Source: Octopus vulgaris | Taxonomy: Eukaryota | NCBI GenBank assembly: GCA_951406725.2 | Contig: OX597815.1 | Span: forward strand, 194,060,001-194,124,000 | DNA length: 64,000 nt | Direction of reading: 5' to 3' | Shown: positions 59,707 through 64,000 of the stretch, piece after piece | Numbering within the stretch: position 1 is the first letter of the stretch | Layout of the letters: each line of letters opens with the position of its first letter | Notes under the pieces: model-generated | What the model saw: the letters and a program-made list of their open reading frames with translations, nothing else | The model's database searches: none | Told to the model about the DNA's origin: nothing | Position numbers and translations under genes: made by a program

Positions 59707-60521
59707 GTAAGTATTTCTTTCTCTTCTACACTGTGTGTTCATGATTTAGCTATTCTTACCGCTTCCACAATAAACATTAACCTGCATGTCTGCTTGCTAG
59801 TGTTGTTGCTGTTGCTTTCGAAATATCTTCCTGCTTGTCCACTGCTAATTCCTTTCTTTGTCTTTTTCTTTATTGCTATCCTCAAAGGGACCACTATTTG
59901 GGTCCAAACCTTCTCTATTGCCATTGTATTGTGACATTAGTTAAAGCACATTACTTTGCTTGTTTCTAATTGCCCACATGAAATATTCAATAGAAAAGGC
60001 ACTAATTTTTTTTTTTTTTTTTTACTAAACATTTGCAAAAATTATACAGTCTAGGCGTAGGAGTGACTGTGTGGTAAGTAGCTTGCTTACCAACCACATG
60101 GTTCCAAGTTCAGTCCCACTGCGTGACACCCTGAGCAAGTGTCTTCTACTATAGCCTCGGGCTGACCAAAGCCTTGTGAGTGGATTTGGTAGACGGAAAC
60201 TGAAAGAAGCCCGTTGTATATATATATATATGTGTGTATATGCATATGTGTGTGTCTGTTTTTGTCCCCCTGACATCGCTTGACAGCCAATGCTGGTGTG
60301 TTTACTTCCCCATAACTTAGCGGTTCAGCAAAAGAGACCAACAGAATAAGTACTAGGCTTCCAAAGAATTGGTCCTGGGGTCAATTTGCTCGACTAAAGG
60401 CGGTGCTCCAGCATGGCCACAGTCAAATGACTGAAACAAGTAAAAGAGTAAATGAGAGTCCATATTAAAGTCTAAAGCAAGTAATTAAGTTGAAGCATAA
60501 AGTTATCAAGATTAAAGCTTA

Positions 60522-60730
60522 AAGCGAGGTCACTTGGTTGACTTTGTATTAACTCTGAAAGCTGATCTACCAGATTTGTACAGTCTCAGGGTATTGCGAG
60601 GTGCTGATTGTGATAGTGATCACAAAATGGTTAGGGTTAAGTTCAAGTTCACAGTCTGCAAGAAGATTCATAGTGCAGTCGTATGAGTACCAAAGAGAAT
60701 TAATGTAGAGCAGCTAAAACAACCACATAT
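60522..60730 (+). mobile_element. LINE apurinic-type endonuclease fragment
   Basis: KRGHLVDFVLTLKADLPDLYSLRVLRGADCDSDHKMVRVKF carries the D[FY]VL and SDH motifs of non-LTR APE domains. Confidence 0.8.
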
Positions 60731-61399
60731 TGTTTAATTTATTTTGATTTCTAAGACATGATTCTTTTAAATTATCTAATTATGGCACTCTATCCCCAAG
60801 ATATTCAGCATATGTTTGATGTTTTAGAAGCAGCTTTATTTCACTAGTTGGAAAGTTTTTAACAGTCAGTGAACTCCATAGGTTTAATCAACTCTTAGAG
60901 ATATCTGGTGGTTATTACACCCTTCATATTTGACTATATCTGCCTCAGTTTGCTTACCCTGCATAAGAAAATGTTGAAGTTTGGACATATATCAGATTAT
61001 GTACATAGTAAATGCTCCTTCTGTAAAAATTATTGCTTATTTTAACAATAAGTGAATGTTCTTAATACATATATAAATATCTTAATACATATTCTGTTGT
61101 GTCTGGGGAGAGTCATTTTCTTTTTGTGCCTTATAATGTAACACACTCACCAGTAAAATTTCCACTTATTCCTTATTTTTATTTTCCTAAAATTTTCGTT
61201 GCATCTTGCAACCTTTTCGATAACGAAATATCTTAATACATATATAAAGATATAAAGGGAATTACAAATTGCCCAATTAGAGATCAATGAGATACAATGA
61301 TCTAAGAATAATCTGTTGTCAGATGATTGATTAGCATTGTTATCTATGTGGGTGGGGGGGGTTTGTCTGTAGTGTTTGGTGCATCATGACACCTCAGCT

Positions 61400-61566
61400 C
61401 TGCAGGTGGTCGGTCTACACAGATGGAACCGCGAATGGCTCGCTATCTCCAGTGACCTCGCACAGGACTGTCGAGCGTGGGCCACCATGGTTCGTGATGC
61501 CGTTAGGACCAGAGAAGAAGCCGGCTCAACCTGATTTGGGTGAACGCTGCCACAAGTACAAGTACA
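61400..61566 (+). mobile_element. RTE-like LINE extreme 3' end with (CAAGTA)n tail
   Basis: RWNREWLAISSDLAQDCRAWATMVRDAV, then a short UTR and acaagtacaagtac. Confidence 0.65.
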
Positions 61567-61920
61567 TCATGACACCTCTCTCTCTCTCTTTTTCTTTTTT
61601 GCCTTTTTTAAGTAACTTTTAGAGTAAGGCTTCAGCCATGGAATATTTCCAGTATCCTGAAACTGTTGAATAATTCTGCTAGTTTAGGTATAGGTGTTTG
61701 CTAGCTGGCGTGATTGTAATTTGCTCTTAATTCCATCTTGTGCAATAAGGTGGCATTTGAAACAGTCATGATGCAACCCTACCCTATTTTAGGACTCATG
61801 TAGAGCCAGAAGACATAGCAGTGAGCAGGGGTTTTTATAAGGTTTGGTCTGTGGGGATCAGATGTGAAGTTGTCTCTGTACATGCTATAGAATATCCAGG
61901 ATATCTAGAAACATGATTAA

Positions 61921-62618
61921 CCCTTTCGTTACTGTATTTATTTTGAGATGCTTTGTGTTTCTTTCTATTACTTTAAATATAACAAAGAATTTAGTATAAA
62001 GTAACTTGGTTATCATTCAGCTAGTGTTAGGAACATAAATTGTGGCTAAGGTTTGGAGGAAGATTTTAATTCAGAACTTATGAAAACAAGACATTTATAC
62101 TCAGAGTCAGAGCCGGTTTCAGCCAGGTTGGTAATAATAATAATAATAATAATAATGTTCGTCCTTCGGGTTCGAAGATGACCATTGACATCATTTGGTG
62201 GAATTGCTGCTATGAGACTGGAGGTGGCTGGTGAGGCTAATCCGGGTAAGAAAGCCCCTCCCACAGGTGGGGCAGAAGTGGGTAGGGGCTGTGCTATTGG
62301 TGCAGGTAGCTCTGGCTTTCCGCATCTGGCGTTTCTGTTCTGCTGACTGAATCCGTCTCTCCTCGGCTGTCTTTGCTCCTGTGGTGATTGCGCTGCGCCA
62401 GGATGAGCAGTCGGCAGCAAGTGTCTCCCAAGTCTCTGTGCCGATGGAGAAGTCTTTGAGAGAGACTTTGAGTAAAATAACTTAGTTATCATTGAGCTAG
62501 TGTTAGGAACATAAATTGTGACTAAGGTTTGGAGGAAGATTTTAATTCAGAACTTATGAAAACAAGACATTTGTACCCAGAGTCAGAGCTGGTTTCAGCC
62601 GGGCTGGTAACGAAAGGG
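61921..62618. mobile_element. piggyBac-like MITE (family P1) interrupted by an RTE LINE 3' fragment
   Basis: Same TIRs and TTAA flanks as 2859-3079; an internal segment of about 140 bp occurs twice around the insert. Confidence 0.85.
62132..62469 (-). mobile_element. 5'-truncated RTE/BovB-like LINE 3' end
   Basis: Minus frame reads WETLAADCSSWRSAITTG...PTHFCPTCGRGFLTRISLTSHLQSH (C2H2-type C-terminal motif), then a short UTR and an (ATT)n tail. Confidence 0.85.
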
Positions 62619-64000
62619 TTAATGCTAGAGTCAACAATTGCCAGGGTGTTCAATCATGTTGAATCATGTTTTGTTTTTATTTTGATCATTTCTGCCGTTG
62701 CCAGGTGTATGCCGTTCATGGACGCACATTTATTGTCTTCCAATTAGATCATCAATATCTATCAATAATGTGCAATGGAATGTCAACCTGGTTAAAGCTA
62801 ATTGTTCGTTGAATCTTGATATGTGAAGTCACATGCCAGGAGTGCTGTTGCCTAGTGTTGAAGTCAGTTGGTACTGTACATACCACTATCTTCCCCTGAG
62901 ACAAATACTTCCAACTGCCACTGGACCACTGAACCACTGACAGAAATCTGGATTAGGCGGTGAGCTGGTAGAATCATTAGCATACCGGGCGAAATGCTCA
63001 GCGGTATTTCATCTACGTTCTTAGTTCAAATTCCACCGAGGTCAACTTTGCCTTTCATCCTTTCTGGCTCGATTAAATAAGTACCAGTTACGCACTGGGG
63101 TTGATGCAATTGACTTAATCCCTTTGTCTGTCCTTGTTTGTCCCCTCAATGTTTAGCCCCTTGTAGGCAATAAAGAAATAAGAAATGTGGAATGGTGGCC
63201 ATGTGGCAACATCTTGTTGAACTGTTTAATTGCAAAAACGATAGAAAAGGTTTCTGCCGTTATGATAGAGGAAAGATGTTTCTGTGTTCAAATTTAGTCA
63301 GGGTTAGTTTACCTGTCATTCTGTATAGGGGTGGGTGTTAATAAAAATCATCACCATTACCACAACCGTTATTTATAAACATTTCATGTTAAACCTTTGG
63401 CTTTCACTTAGCGTTATGCTGAAAAATTGTCCAACTGTACTTTATTTCTCCACTACTGTAAGATGTCTATTCACTAGTCTAGAAACCTAGTTTTTAAAAT
63501 TTTTTATTCTATCCATCAGATACATATTTTACTGGCCACTTAAAAATCTTTGTTTTGTGTTTTTTTAATTTTGTCTTTCCTTTGTTTTTAATTCTTTATA
63601 AATCCTTGAACTTTTGTGGATTTGAAAAATTCTCTTTGCACTTGGTACTAAACACAGTCTGCTCTTATCTCTAATGATAACATTGGCTTCTAATACTGGC
63701 TTCCTAGATGGTTCCGGGTTTTGTTTGCATAATTAAAAATGCATTAGTTGTCAACATATCCCAGGCATAATGATATTCATGTTATAAAGATGGACTATGC
63801 TTTATTTTACTAATGTATTACAGCAACATAATGGGATTAAGTCAATTGGTGATATCCTGTTTTATTTGTGTGTGTTAGAAAGACATTACAATGAGTCAAA
63901 AACAATTTAAGCCTCATCCACATACAGGCACACACACACGTTCATGCATACATACAGAATCTTTGTCCTGCATTATGACAATATTTTATATACATATACA

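Noticed and set aside
53210-64000. Terminal FHIP2 exon (LEEFCKELAA-type motif) and polyadenylation site
   Set aside because: Not found by eye in any frame; presumed to lie downstream of the window.

Overview
AT-rich, repeat-dense animal genomic DNA. The repeat families look like those I recall from Octopus, so a coleoid cephalopod source is inferred, not proven. The window lies almost entirely inside one + strand gene, a FAM160B/FHIP2-type subunit of the FTS-Hook-FHIP (FHF) complex. Fifteen GT-AG exons from 20839 to 53209 splice into one open frame of 2300 nt (about 766 codons). The conserved first and last coding exons were not found in the window. There is a candidate alternative first exon (13439-13498) and a candidate 33-nt frame-preserving mini-exon (59674-59706). 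The introns hold several tRNA-derived SINE families, many 5'-truncated copies of an RTE-type LINE 3' end, CR1 and RTE fragments, piggyBac-, pogo- and hAT-like MITEs, and three tandem arrays (26, 41 and 284 bp units). The most unusual signal is a set of unrelated fold-back elements carrying minimal type I hammerhead ribozyme cores of the Penelope-like kind. One is a roughly 500-bp head-to-head palindrome joining a tRNA-like Pol III head to a hammerhead tail. Almost all ORFs in the supplied track are repeat-derived artefacts. Repeat boundaries were read by eye and are approximate; exon boundaries were counted base by base.
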